20,664 bases of DNA from Chthonomonas calidirosea (GCA_945859975.1 CAMAPH010000045.1:1-20664); one strand, 5' to 3'. Shown: positions 1 through 8,678, counted from the first letter of the stretch. A program made the numbers and translations. The notes: generated by a model not told the origin, from the sequence alone.

Positions 1-623
1 TTCTCGCGAAGTCGAGCAATGAGTTCATCTGCCGATGTAACGGCAAACGCCGATGGAGCATAGAATCGGTGGCCTCGGGATTCGTTTCCGCTCACCACGC
101 CTTCGATGTCAAAAGGAACCACAACGCCGTCCAGAACAGCCAGCAGCCACCGAATGGGTCGTGCAAACCGCATGCGAGTGGAACCCCATCGCATCGACTT
201 TTGGAACTGTAATTCGCGAATCGTCTTCGGCAGGAGGGCTTCTAGAATCGCGGTGGCCGACTGGCCAGGAATCTGCTTCGTGATCCAAACGTACTGGTCG
301 TCTTTTCGAATCGTTGAGACGTCCACGCCTTGACCACGGCAAAAGCCGAGGAGCGCGGGAGTTGGTTCGCCTTCGGCGTTGAATGCTCCCTTAAGCGCGG
401 GGCCACGAACATCCTTCTCGGCATCTTCCTGCCGATCGAGCAATCCCGAGATTGAGACGATCAGTCGTCTCGGAGTGCCATAGGTCGCGACTTTGTGGTC
501 TGCACCAAGGAGTTGAGAAGCGTTGAGCGCATTAACCAGTTGCCCAGAAAGGTCGCTCAAAGCGCGCGCCACAAACGCCGCCGGCAACTCTTCGCATCCC
601 ACTTCCAGCAACAATTCCGCCAT
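1..623 (-). CDS. glyS: Glycyl-tRNA synthetase beta subunit, N-terminal part (runs off the left edge)
   Basis: Not in the ORF track. Manual translation from ATG at 623: MAELLLEVGCEELPA...TYGTPRRLIV...VRGPALKGAFNAEGEPTPALLGFCRGQG...FQKSMRWG...RFARPIRWLLA...SRGHRF. These are hallmark GlyS-beta motifs (ELLLExGxEELP, TPRRL, KSMRW, RPIRW, GHRF). Confidence 0.96.
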   Translation of the reverse strand, partial: MAELLLEVGCEELPAAFVARALSDLSGQLVNALNASQLLGADHKVATYGTPRRLIVSISGLLDRQEDAEKDVRGPALKGAFNAEGEPTPALLGFCRGQGVDVSTIRKDDQYVWITKQIPGQSATAILEALLPKTIRELQFQKSMRWGSTRMRFARPIRWLLAVLDGVVVPFDIEGVVSGNESRGHRFYAPSAFAVTSADELIARLRE

Positions 624-631
624 CGCGAAAG

Positions 632-637
632 AGGATA
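632..637 (-). promoter_or_regulatory. Putative -10 element (GG-TATCCT) 8 nt before the glyS ATG
   Basis: Minus strand reads cggTATCCTctttcgcgATG. Confidence 0.5.
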
Positions 638-671
638 CCGTTCGCCCGTTGCAGTAACCCCGTAAATCCTG

Positions 672-677
672 TATCTT
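672..677 (+). promoter_or_regulatory. Putative -10 element (TATCTT) 7 nt before ATG 685; candidate leaderless promoter
   Basis: TAnnnT hexamer at leaderless spacing, with no SD between it and the start. Confidence 0.5.
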
Positions 678-684
678 GAAGCCG

Positions 685-1632
685 ATGAGCAGGATGCGAA
701 TCAATGCATGGCTAGGGCTTGGCCTCGCCCTATTTTTGACCACGGCGGGATGCTCGAAGCCAAGCTCGGGGCTGCCAAAGGTCGGCTTTGCCCAATTCAC
801 CAGCACCAGCAGCCTCGATCAGCTCCGCGAAGGATTCGTGAAGGGGCTCGCCGATGAAGGATTTGTTGATGGCAAAACCGTGGAAATCGACTTCCAAAAC
901 GCCCAAAGCGATGCCGGGACGATGAGCCTCTTAATGCAAAAGCTGGCGACCTCCGTTGACGTCGTCGGGCTCTGCAGCACTCAGGCCCTGCAAGCGGCCA
1001 TCAAAAGCGTGAAAGACAAACCGGTCATCTTCTGCGGCGTCATTGATCCCGTGGCCGCCGGAGCCGCTACTACAATTTCAGAACCAAAGCCGAACATCAC
1101 CGGGGTCTACAACCCGTTCCCGGTGTCTGAGGGCATCGAAATGATCCACAAGTTCATGCCCGCCGTGAAGAAGATCGGAACGCTTTACGATCCCAGCGAG
1201 CCGTTCTTTGGGGGCATGCACGAGGAAGCGAAGAAGGCTTGCGCTAAGAACGGACTGGAGTTCATCGTCGTTACCGTGAGCTCGTCCAACGACATCGTCA
1301 CCGGAATGCAGGCACTCAAGGCCAAGGGTGTCGAAGCGGTGCTCCAGTTGCCCAGCAACACCGTGAACCAAGGCGTCGATGGACAAATCAAAACCGCCGG
1401 AAACCTGGGCCTGCCGATGTTTAGTCTCCAGCCGGACCAGCTTGAGAAGGGGATCGTCGCTACTGTAGGCGTCGATCTGGAGGAAGCCGGAGCCCAAGCC
1501 GGGCGGATGGCGGGCAAGGTGTTGAATGGCGAGAAAACCTCCAAGTTCCCGCTAGAAACGGCCAAGCTGCAACCCATCGCGACCAATCCGGCCGCCGCCA
1601 AGCAGTTCGGAATCACCTTGCCCGCGAACTAG
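685..1632 (+). CDS. ABC transporter substrate-binding lipoprotein (ABC_sub_bind, putative Trp/Tyr-type family)
   Basis: Signal peptide with lipobox LTTAG-C. Family-like segments SLDQLREGFVKGL, FQNAQSD, PVIFCGVIDPVAAG, NITGV, KKIGTLYDPSE. First gene of an SBP-permease-ATPase trio. ATG 685 is preferred over TTG 676 because TATCTT lies 7 nt upstream. Confidence 0.9.
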   Translation: MSRMRINAWLGLGLALFLTTAGCSKPSSGLPKVGFAQFTSTSSLDQLREGFVKGLADEGFVDGKTVEIDFQNAQSDAGTMSLLMQKLATSVDVVGLCSTQALQAAIKSVKDKPVIFCGVIDPVAAGAATTISEPKPNITGVYNPFPVSEGIEMIHKFMPAVKKIGTLYDPSEPFFGGMHEEAKKACAKNGLEFIVVTVSSSNDIVTGMQALKAKGVEAVLQLPSNTVNQGVDGQIKTAGNLGLPMFSLQPDQLEKGIVATVGVDLEEAGAQAGRMAGKVLNGEKTSKFPLETAKLQPIATNPAAAKQFGITLPAN

Positions 1633-1635
1633 ACC

Positions 1636-2451
1636 ATGGAACTCTGGATCGGAGCGATTACCCAAGGCGCGGCCTATGCCCTCTTGGCCCTCGCGGTGTT
1701 CCTGTCGTTCCGGGTGCTTCGTTTTCCCGATATCTCCGTCGATGGCACCTTCACCAGCGGCGCGGCGATCTTCGGCGTTCTTCTCGCCCAGAACCTGAAT
1801 CTGTGGCTCGCGCTCGGGGTTGCCTTTCTCGTGGGTGCGGTCGGCGGAGCCATTACCGGACTCATTCACACGAGGCTGCACATCAATGATCTGCTTAGCG
1901 GGATCATCACCATGACCGCGCTTTATAGCGTCAACCTCCGCGTCATGGGCCGGTCGAACCTTCCGGTGAGCGGGGGAGAGTTGGGCTATGCCGTCTTTGG
2001 AATTGCCCTTTTAGCCGTCGCGATTCTTTGGTGGTTTTTGAGAACCGACTACGGCCTCGCGTTGAGAGCGGTAGGCGACAATCCAGAAATGTCCGCCGCG
2101 CAAGGCATCAACGTCCGGAATGTCAAAACGGTTGGCCTGAGCCTGTCCAACGGTTTCGCCGCTCTCGGCGGTGCGGTGATCGCGCAGTACAACGGCTTCG
2201 CTGACATCACGATGGGCATCGGTGCCCTTGTTACAGGCATGGCGGGCGTGATGATTGGCGAGCGATTCCTCCCGCCGAAGTCCGTGCTTTTCGCGGTCGG
2301 AGGAGCGCTGGTTGGCTCGGTCGTGTTCCGATTGCTCATCGCCGGTGCGCTACAAGCGGGAATGAATCCGATTGACCTGAAGCTCATCACCGCCGGCTTC
2401 GTGTTGATTGCCCTAGCGTTGCCGAGAATGTCGAAGGGGCGAGCGAGATGA
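1636..2451 (+). CDS. ABC transporter permease (BPD_transp_2 type)
   Basis: Very hydrophobic. Motifs FRVLRFPDISVDGTFTSGAA, LLSGIITMTALYSVNLRVMGRSN, TDYGLALRAVGDN, QYNGFADITMGIG are typical of this permease family. Confidence 0.92.
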   Translation: MELWIGAITQGAAYALLALAVFLSFRVLRFPDISVDGTFTSGAAIFGVLLAQNLNLWLALGVAFLVGAVGGAITGLIHTRLHINDLLSGIITMTALYSVNLRVMGRSNLPVSGGELGYAVFGIALLAVAILWWFLRTDYGLALRAVGDNPEMSAAQGINVRNVKTVGLSLSNGFAALGGAVIAQYNGFADITMGIGALVTGMAGVMIGERFLPPKSVLFAVGGALVGSVVFRLLIAGALQAGMNPIDLKLITAGFVLIALALPRMSKGRAR

Positions 2452-3212
2452 TTCTGCTAAGCAAAATCAACCAGCGGTTCGAACGACCCGATGGTGGGGC
2501 AACTCTCGCGCTACAAGACGTTTCGCTGGAGATCCCTCGAGGTGAGTTTTTACTCCTTGCCGGCACGAACGGATCCGGCAAATCGACCTTGCTCAATGTT
2601 CTGGCCGGAATGTTCCCGCCGAGTTCGGGTCAAGTGCAGATTGACGGTATCGACGTCACCCGACACGGTCCGGAGCGCCGAGCCGTGAGCTTGGCTCGGG
2701 TCTTTCAGAACCCGTATCTCAGCACGGCCGGAACATTGACCGTAGCGGAGAACATGCGACTCGCCGAACTTCGTGGCGGAAGGCGCATCCTTCGGCTTGG
2801 TCTGAACCGGTCAGCGAAAACCCGCCACGCCGAAGCCCTCTCCGCGTGCGGAATGGGGCTCGAAAACTTCCTCGACCGCCCCACCAACACCCTCAGCGGA
2901 GGCCAGCGTCAGGCCCTCGCCGTCGTCATGGCAACCATCGTCACCCCAAAAGTGCTGCTCCTAGACGAGCACACCGCCGCCCTCGATCCTGAAGCCGCCG
3001 AGAAGGTCATGCAACTCACCGCCCGCCTCGTTTCGGAGCATGCCATTACCACCGTCATGGTCACCCACTCCCTAGACCACCTCCCCCGCTTCGGCACCCG
3101 CGCCGTGCTCTTGCACCTCGGAAGGGTTCAGCAGGAGTGGAGCGGGGCAGAGAAGTCGGCGTTGACGTCTTCCGAACTTCAGCAGCGGTTTGCTGGGTTG
3201 TACGGCGGTTGA
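2448..3212 (+). CDS. ABC transporter ATP-binding protein
   Basis: Walker A GTNGSGKST, Q-loop VFQNP, signature LSGGQRQ, Walker B LLLDEHTAALDP, H-loop VTH. ATGA overlap with the permease. Confidence 0.96.
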   Translation: MILLSKINQRFERPDGGATLALQDVSLEIPRGEFLLLAGTNGSGKSTLLNVLAGMFPPSSGQVQIDGIDVTRHGPERRAVSLARVFQNPYLSTAGTLTVAENMRLAELRGGRRILRLGLNRSAKTRHAEALSACGMGLENFLDRPTNTLSGGQRQALAVVMATIVTPKVLLLDEHTAALDPEAAEKVMQLTARLVSEHAITTVMVTHSLDHLPRFGTRAVLLHLGRVQQEWSGAEKSALTSSELQQRFAGLYGG

Positions 3213-3220
3213 GTCCCAAA

Positions 3221-3248
3221 CAAAGCCAGGCAGAGCCATACAAAGCCA
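3221..3248. repeat. Three 10-bp-period direct repeats CA(A/G)AGCCA
   Basis: caaagccagg / cagagccata / caaagccacg at 3221, 3231 and 3241, in the convergent intergenic gap. Confidence 0.6.
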
Positions 3249-3279
3249 CGCATGGCGCGAAGCTCAAGGCGCCGCTAGT

Positions 3280-4437
3280 TCACTTCTCTTCGACCGAAAC
3301 CGCGACCAACGGGCTGAATGCGCCGAAGTCACCCTTGCCCGACCGGCGAAGTCGCCATTGGAAGTTGTAGACCCCCGCCAGGACCGGGGCTCGGACGGTG
3401 AAGTTGAACGTGTAGGACTCGCCCGGCGCAACGGAAACAGGCAACAAAATCGACTGCTTGCCCCAGCGGTTGTTGCCCGCCGGGCTCTGGCTGTACAGCG
3501 CGTATGGCCCTGGCGTCCAGGTATCGACGCCGGTGTTCGTGAACCGAACCGAGACGTCGTAGTCTCGGGTTACAAACATAGAATTTGGCACCGTCTGCGA
3601 ATCACAAACCGAGTTGTTGCGATACCGAACCTCGATTGGTACCGTCGGGCTGATCGGTCCGAAGTTTGCCACGCTCGAGCGGCGAAGCTGCCAAAGGTGG
3701 TTGTAGATGCCTTCCGTTTTAGGTGCTTCAAGCCGGAAGTTGTAAGTCTTGAACTGTCCCGGAGCAATGCTCTCGCCAGGGTTCAGCGAGATGCTGTCCT
3801 TACCGAAAATCTTCGAAGGGTTGCTCAGCGAAACCAAGCGGAACGTGTCGTAGGTCCAAGTCGAAGAACCGCGATTCTGGAAAACCAACTGGACATCGAA
3901 CTTGTTGCCCGGCTCGACAAAGGTCGGTACGGACTGGCTGATGAAATCAGCGGCGTCGCCGGAAAGGGCAGTAACCACAACGTTCGGCGTCATCGCGCCG
4001 AAGTTTGCCGGGCTCCCCGGGGAGGTCTTTCGCATCTGCCACTGGAAGTTGTAACGGCTTGGACGACTCGGAACGGTGATGTTGAAATTGAAGGTGTACG
4101 TCGCGCCTGGGGCAACGGTGACGCCAGAAGGCAGCTTCACATCGGTTCGGCCCCAAACGTTGTTCGCATATGGGTTCATCGAAACCAATCGGTGCGTCGC
4201 CTGCGTCCATGTCGTCGTTCCAACGTTGGTCAAAGTGATCGAGACCGCGTGAACGTTGCCAGCGTAATACTGCTCTTGCACCGTCTGCGAGACGAACTCA
4301 GAGTTGTTCCCATCCGCTTGGGTTAACAACGTGGCAGCCGATAATGGCGCCGCCATGGGCTGTAGAGAAGCATGCGCTCCAAGGAAACTGACCAACAAAA
4401 GCAATCCAATGCGACCCATCACGCGCGGAGTGTACAT
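3280..4437 (-). CDS. Secreted protein composed of three tandem NBR1-FW (Ig-like) domains
   Basis: N-terminal signal-like stretch (RIGLLLLVSFLGAHA). Three ~113-aa repeats (aa ~44-157, ~160-272, ~274-383), each with SQ[TS]V...NxGxxTWT...[VI]APG...FN/YNF...P...YNxxW[QR][ML]R...FG, matching my recollection of the bacterial NBR1-Ig-like domain. Confidence 0.8.
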   Translation of the reverse strand: MYTPRVMGRIGLLLLVSFLGAHASLQPMAAPLSAATLLTQADGNNSEFVSQTVQEQYYAGNVHAVSITLTNVGTTTWTQATHRLVSMNPYANNVWGRTDVKLPSGVTVAPGATYTFNFNITVPSRPSRYNFQWQMRKTSPGSPANFGAMTPNVVVTALSGDAADFISQSVPTFVEPGNKFDVQLVFQNRGSSTWTYDTFRLVSLSNPSKIFGKDSISLNPGESIAPGQFKTYNFRLEAPKTEGIYNHLWQLRRSSVANFGPISPTVPIEVRYRNNSVCDSQTVPNSMFVTRDYDVSVRFTNTGVDTWTPGPYALYSQSPAGNNRWGKQSILLPVSVAPGESYTFNFTVRAPVLAGVYNFQWRLRRSGKGDFGAFSPLVAVSVEEK

Positions 4438-4510
4438 TCGGATATTCGAGCATAACCTCCCCTTAACGCAAAGGTTGGATTTTTGCCATCAGATTGGCTG
4501 ACTACGCCAA

Positions 4511-5164
4511 CTACGCCTGACCGAGTTCGGCTTCCGCTTTCGTCTGCAGCCGCGTCATCTCATTTTCGAGTTGCAACCGGATCCGCTCTAGCGTCTCCTC
4601 GTCGGCATCCTTCGGCACATAGATCGGCTCACCCGCATAGCCGACGCACTTGGAAAATGGCCAAGGCACCATGTATCGGTCCCAGGATTTCGTGAGGATT
4701 CTTGGCTTGGCGCTCATGCCCGCCGGAATCAACGCCGCCCCCGACTTTTGCGCGAGCATCAAAACCCCCGGCTGAACCACTTGAGATGGCCCGCGCGGAC
4801 CGTCCGGCGTCATCGCCATGCTGGTGCCGCTCTTGAGCAACCGGATCCCCTCGACCGCCGCCCGAATTCCGCCGCGACCAGTGCTGCCTCGAATCACTTC
4901 AAATCCGAAGCTCTCGAAAATCCGGGTCTGAATCTCGCCATCCCGCGAGTGGCTAATGATCACGCCGTACTTGCGCGGCCAGTTTCGGGTGACGAAGATG
5001 AAAGTCCGACCATGCCAAGCGCACATGATGTGCGGATCGGGAAGGGCTTCAAAGCCTTCGGACTTGAACCGAACCGACCGCCCGACTACCCGTACCAGGA
5101 AAGCGACCGCACCAGAAATGATCTCCGGCCGGCGCTCGCGCCACCAATACTTTAGCGAAGCCAT
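4511..5164 (-). CDS. DUF374 / lysophospholipid acyltransferase-family protein
   Basis: Motifs WHGR, ISHSRDGE, IRGSTGRGG, TPDGPRGP, SWDRYMVPWPFSK, characteristic of DUF374-containing LPLAT-like proteins. Confidence 0.9.
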   Translation of the reverse strand: MASLKYWWRERRPEIISGAVAFLVRVVGRSVRFKSEGFEALPDPHIMCAWHGRTFIFVTRNWPRKYGVIISHSRDGEIQTRIFESFGFEVIRGSTGRGGIRAAVEGIRLLKSGTSMAMTPDGPRGPSQVVQPGVLMLAQKSGAALIPAGMSAKPRILTKSWDRYMVPWPFSKCVGYAGEPIYVPKDADEETLERIRLQLENEMTRLQTKAEAELGQA

Positions 5165-6237
5165 CCGCGCGTCCTTGCCACTTCGGTGGCCCCGCTCAGC
5201 GGAAATTCAGATTGCAGCTGTGTTAACAATTCGGTCGCTTTCTCCGCATCATGCTCCCGAGCGAATTTTGCCCAGGCGAGCAGCGCATCTGGCTTTGCCC
5301 GAGCATCGCTCGATTCCGCCACGCTCTGAAAAAGCTCGTCGGCAAGTATCGGATCGGTGCTGCTGAACCGATCGGCGAACTGCGATCGCTCGACCGCAGA
5401 AATCCGCTCAATCTGGCGCAGCTCGATCAACCTGGTCAGGCATTCGTGAGTGCGAGAGAGATCGAGCACCATCAACTGACAAATCGCCTCGGCCTCACCT
5501 TCGACATCCGAAAGCCCGCGGCAAGCGATAGCCAGCTCGCTCACCGCATGCGGGTCCGAAGGGTAGCGCTGTAAATGCCGCTCCGCCGCAACCTTCATCG
5601 CTGCCGGACCCCGAATGCTCATTTGGTCAAGCGCTTGCCGAGCCACTTGCCGCTGGCCGAAGTCCGGAGTTCGGAAAACCAAACTCAGCATCACGCCCAT
5701 CCCAAAACCGCCAATGTGCGCCCAATACGCGGTGCCGCCCGAGTCGCCAATCCGAACCACCGCCCCGACCAACTGCAGGCCGAGCCAGACCAAAGTAATC
5801 ACCAACACCGGCAACGCCAGCCTCGGAACCACCGGAACCCGGACCGCCTGGTATCGAAGCGCGTAGTAGCCGATACAACCCGCCACGCACCCGCTCGCCC
5901 CGATGTACGGCACCGGATTCTCGAGCGACCGGGTCATGAAGTAATGGAGCATCAACCCCGCCCCACCGCTTAGGAAGTACACCAGCGCGAACCGAAACCA
6001 GCCAGTCGACATCTCCACTGCCGACCCAACCGCGGCAAGGAAAAGCATGTTTCCCAACAGATGGATCACGTTCTGGTGCAAAAACAGGCTCGTGATGTAC
6101 GCCCGGAACTGCGGATTTCGGGAGTCAAATCCGAACTGATACACGAGGTCCGGATTGATCAGGACCGCGAAGGCAGCAAACAGATTTCCGGCCACCAGCA
6201 ACAAGGTGATGACCGGTGGGCGGGGTTGAGCGGTCAA
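5152..6237 (-). CDS. Rhomboid-family intramembrane serine protease with a C-terminal helical (TPR-like) extension
   Basis: ITSLFLH, HLLGNMLFL, catalytic GASG and AYWAHIGG in a multi-TM N-terminal half, then ~170 aa of amphipathic helices. TTG start overlaps the yebC TGA. Confidence 0.9.
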   Translation of the reverse strand: MTAQPRPPVITLLLVAGNLFAAFAVLINPDLVYQFGFDSRNPQFRAYITSLFLHQNVIHLLGNMLFLAAVGSAVEMSTGWFRFALVYFLSGGAGLMLHYFMTRSLENPVPYIGASGCVAGCIGYYALRYQAVRVPVVPRLALPVLVITLVWLGLQLVGAVVRIGDSGGTAYWAHIGGFGMGVMLSLVFRTPDFGQRQVARQALDQMSIRGPAAMKVAAERHLQRYPSDPHAVSELAIACRGLSDVEGEAEAICQLMVLDLSRTHECLTRLIELRQIERISAVERSQFADRFSSTDPILADELFQSVAESSDARAKPDALLAWAKFAREHDAEKATELLTQLQSEFPLSGATEVARTRGWLR

Positions 6238-6977
6238 TCTTCTTCGTACGCGTCCTCGCCGATATCGACGTTCACGTAAGTTTCTTGAACATCGTCCAAG
6301 TCGTCTAGTGCATCAAGCAGTTTCAGCAGCTTGATCTGGTCTTCTGGCGACAGTTCCGTCTTGTTGGTCGCCACGTAGGTGAGCTGAATTTCGGTGGTCT
6401 TCACACCGGCGGCTTCCAGGGCGGTGTTCACCCGGTGCAAGTCCTCCATCGCGGTGGTGACGGTGAAAGTGTCTTCGTCGAGCTGAACATCGTCTGCTCC
6501 GGCTTCTAGCGCGATGAGGGTGAAATCGTCCTCTTCGTAATTGCCCTTCGCCACTTGGATCTGGCCGACGTACTTGAACTGCCAGCTCACCGCGCCGTTT
6601 TCGGCCATGTTGCCGCCGTTCTTGTTGAACGCGGTTCGAACGTCGCCGACGGTTCGGTTTCGGTTCTCCGAGTAGCACTGCAAGATGATTCCCGCGCCGC
6701 CCGGTCCGTAGCCTTCGTAAATGATTTCCTCGTAGTTGGCACCTTCAACCGCGCCGGATCCTCGGTCGATGGCGCGCTTGATGTTTTCGCTCGGCAAAGA
6801 AACCGACTTCGCCTTTTCAACCGCGACCCGAAGTCGTGGGTTCATTGCGATATCTCCGCCGCCGAGTCGTGCGGCAACGATGATTTCTCGGGCGAGCTTG
6901 GTAAACAGCTTTCCGCGTATTGCGTCCTGCTTACCTTTTCGAAGCCGAATGTTCTTCCATTTACTATGGCCAGCCAT
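6234..6977 (-). CDS. yebC: YebC/PmpR family protein
   Basis: MAGHSKWKNIRLRKGKQDA, NPRLR, YEGYGPGG, NRNRTV, LDDLDDVQETY: the canonical YebC/TACO1 pattern. Confidence 0.97.
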   Translation of the reverse strand: MAGHSKWKNIRLRKGKQDAIRGKLFTKLAREIIVAARLGGGDIAMNPRLRVAVEKAKSVSLPSENIKRAIDRGSGAVEGANYEEIIYEGYGPGGAGIILQCYSENRNRTVGDVRTAFNKNGGNMAENGAVSWQFKYVGQIQVAKGNYEEDDFTLIALEAGADDVQLDEDTFTVTTAMEDLHRVNTALEAAGVKTTEIQLTYVATNKTELSPEDQIKLLKLLDALDDLDDVQETYVNVDIGEDAYEED

Positions 6978-7014
6978 GGGTAATCGCTATTTTGGCATGG
7001 CTGGCCAATCTCGG

Positions 7015-7611
7015 CTACTCAGCCGCGAGTTTCGGCTTGAGCGCGGCTAGGAACGACTTAACAACGAAGATGCTGGTTTGGTCTGGGCTATGGCCGCCGG
7101 CGTGCCAGTGGACTTGTACATCCGCCCCTGCGGTGGCGAACTGCGTCGCCAGCGTTTGGACATTCATTCGCGGAACCATCGGGTCGTGTTCTCCGCACAC
7201 CATGAGCACGGGGAGGTCCGTAAGTTCGGGCATCGGCTCTTCGGAGAAGGGAACCATCGGCGCAAGCAGCACGGCGGCCGAGAACAGATCGGGACGCCGG
7301 ATCACGAGGGCGGAGGCCATGTTGGCCCCGTTCGAAAAACCGAGCACAACTCGTTTTTCCGTAGGCAAAGTTTCTCGGATGAATCCAGCAAGCTGATCCG
7401 CCCGAAATCGTAAGTTGTCTTCGTCAAAAACACCTTCGGCAAACCGGCGAAACCACCGGTTCTGTCCGTTCTCCGGCTCTTCACCGCGAACGGAAAGGAA
7501 GCCCACGCCGCTTACCAGCGACTGAGTGAAGGCAAGAAATTCCTGCTCGTTTCCGCCGGTGCCGTGAAGCGCTACGATGGTCGGGTTTCCCACGAGGTGC
7601 TGATGGATCAT
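7015..7611 (-). CDS. Alpha/beta hydrolase, phospholipase/carboxylesterase (MhqD-like)
   Basis: LHGTGGNE, RWFRRFAEGVFD, nucleophile GFSNGAN, GEHDPMV, GGH. ATGA overlap with the upstream dioxygenase. Confidence 0.9.
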   Translation of the reverse strand: MIHQHLVGNPTIVALHGTGGNEQEFLAFTQSLVSGVGFLSVRGEEPENGQNRWFRRFAEGVFDEDNLRFRADQLAGFIRETLPTEKRVVLGFSNGANMASALVIRRPDLFSAAVLLAPMVPFSEEPMPELTDLPVLMVCGEHDPMVPRMNVQTLATQFATAGADVQVHWHAGGHSPDQTSIFVVKSFLAALKPKLAAE

Positions 7612-8534
7612 GCGTTTGGATACGTGATTTTTGGCAAAGCTGCTTCAATTTGCGCGCGTTTCGGTTCGTGCATCTTCGGGAGCTTCAGGCTTGTACCCAG
7701 CGATTCTAGGTCCTCGTCCGTAGCAAAGCCGGGTCCGTCGGTTGCGATTTCAAAGAGTACGCCGCCTGGTTCGCGGAAGTAGATGCTGTGGAAGTAGTCC
7801 CGATCGCGAACCTCAGAAACACTTGCGCCGACGGCGATGAGATCGGTTCGGACCTGAGCCTGCGTCTCGTCGGTCGGAGTTCGGAAGGCGATGTGATGCA
7901 CCGTGCCCTTGCCGGGACGTGCCGACGCAAATCCGATCGTGGAGATATCCACCCGCTGTCCTAGGCCGCGAGCACCGGTAAAGAAAACGTACTCGGGAAC
8001 CTCGATATCCGGGTCATGGTCGAAGCCGAGCACTTTCATGAGCAGCGCCGCCGTGCGTTCGACTTCGTTCTCGCGCAGGGTTACGGAGTGAATACCGGCA
8101 ATTTGATGTTCAACCGGCACCGCGCTCTTTTCCCAAGGAGCCGCGAGTTTGTAATTGGGATCTGGCACGAGGCGGAGCAGCAAGCCATCCGGATCAGCAA
8201 AATCGAGCGCATGGCCGTCCTCACTCTCGACGGCAAGGCCATCGAGCCGCTCGCGCCAGTAGGCGACGGAAGATTCCGGAATGCTCAGCGACGTGATGAC
8301 CACCTGGCCTGCACCTTGACGGCCAGATTGTGCCGTAGGATATGGGAAGAAGGTAAGGACCGTTCCGGGAGAGCCGGCGCCATCTCCGTAGTAGAAGTGG
8401 TACGCGGTTGGGTCATCGAAGTTCACCGTCACCTTGATGAGGCGCAAACCTAGCAGCCCGGCATAAAAGTCGATGTTTTCCTGGGCATCCCCGCAAATTG
8501 CGGTCATGTGATGCAGGCCAAGAATGTTGTTCAT
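7608..8534 (-). CDS. Ring-cleaving dioxygenase, VOC/glyoxalase family (MhqA/MhqE/MhqO-like)
   Basis: GLHHMTAI, LGLRLIKVTVNFDDPTAYHFYYGD, GTVHHIAFR, DRDYFHSIYFREPGGVLFEIATDGPGF. Confidence 0.93.
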   Translation of the reverse strand: MNNILGLHHMTAICGDAQENIDFYAGLLGLRLIKVTVNFDDPTAYHFYYGDGAGSPGTVLTFFPYPTAQSGRQGAGQVVITSLSIPESSVAYWRERLDGLAVESEDGHALDFADPDGLLLRLVPDPNYKLAAPWEKSAVPVEHQIAGIHSVTLRENEVERTAALLMKVLGFDHDPDIEVPEYVFFTGARGLGQRVDISTIGFASARPGKGTVHHIAFRTPTDETQAQVRTDLIAVGASVSEVRDRDYFHSIYFREPGGVLFEIATDGPGFATDEDLESLGTSLKLPKMHEPKRAQIEAALPKITYPNA

Positions 8535-8678
8535 GCGTACTTTCTACCGATAAATCGCTCCGATTGATGTGATTTCTCCGAAAACTGTTGGCTCGACCTG
8601 GTAATTCTGGGACCAAATTCCAGCTTGGCAAGCGCAATCCTGCAATCGGGCCGGGATTTTGCATGGTAAAACGCCAAC

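Noticed and set aside
53..424. Four short ORFs in the track at the left edge
   Set aside because: All overlap the truncated glyS reading frame, which the track missed because it has no stop in the window.
3190..4326. 378-aa plus-strand ORF antisense to the NBR1-like gene
   Set aside because: Arg/Val-rich shadow frame with no motifs. The minus-strand ORF has a signal peptide and clear triple repeats.
4501..4517. ACTACGCC-a-ACTACGCC direct repeat at the DUF374 stop, as a target-site duplication
   Set aside because: No intervening element or transposase. At most a small slippage duplication.
3280..6237. Rhomboid as a rhombosortase acting on the nearby secreted repeat protein
   Set aside because: The repeat protein has no GlyGly-CTERM or other C-terminal TM anchor.
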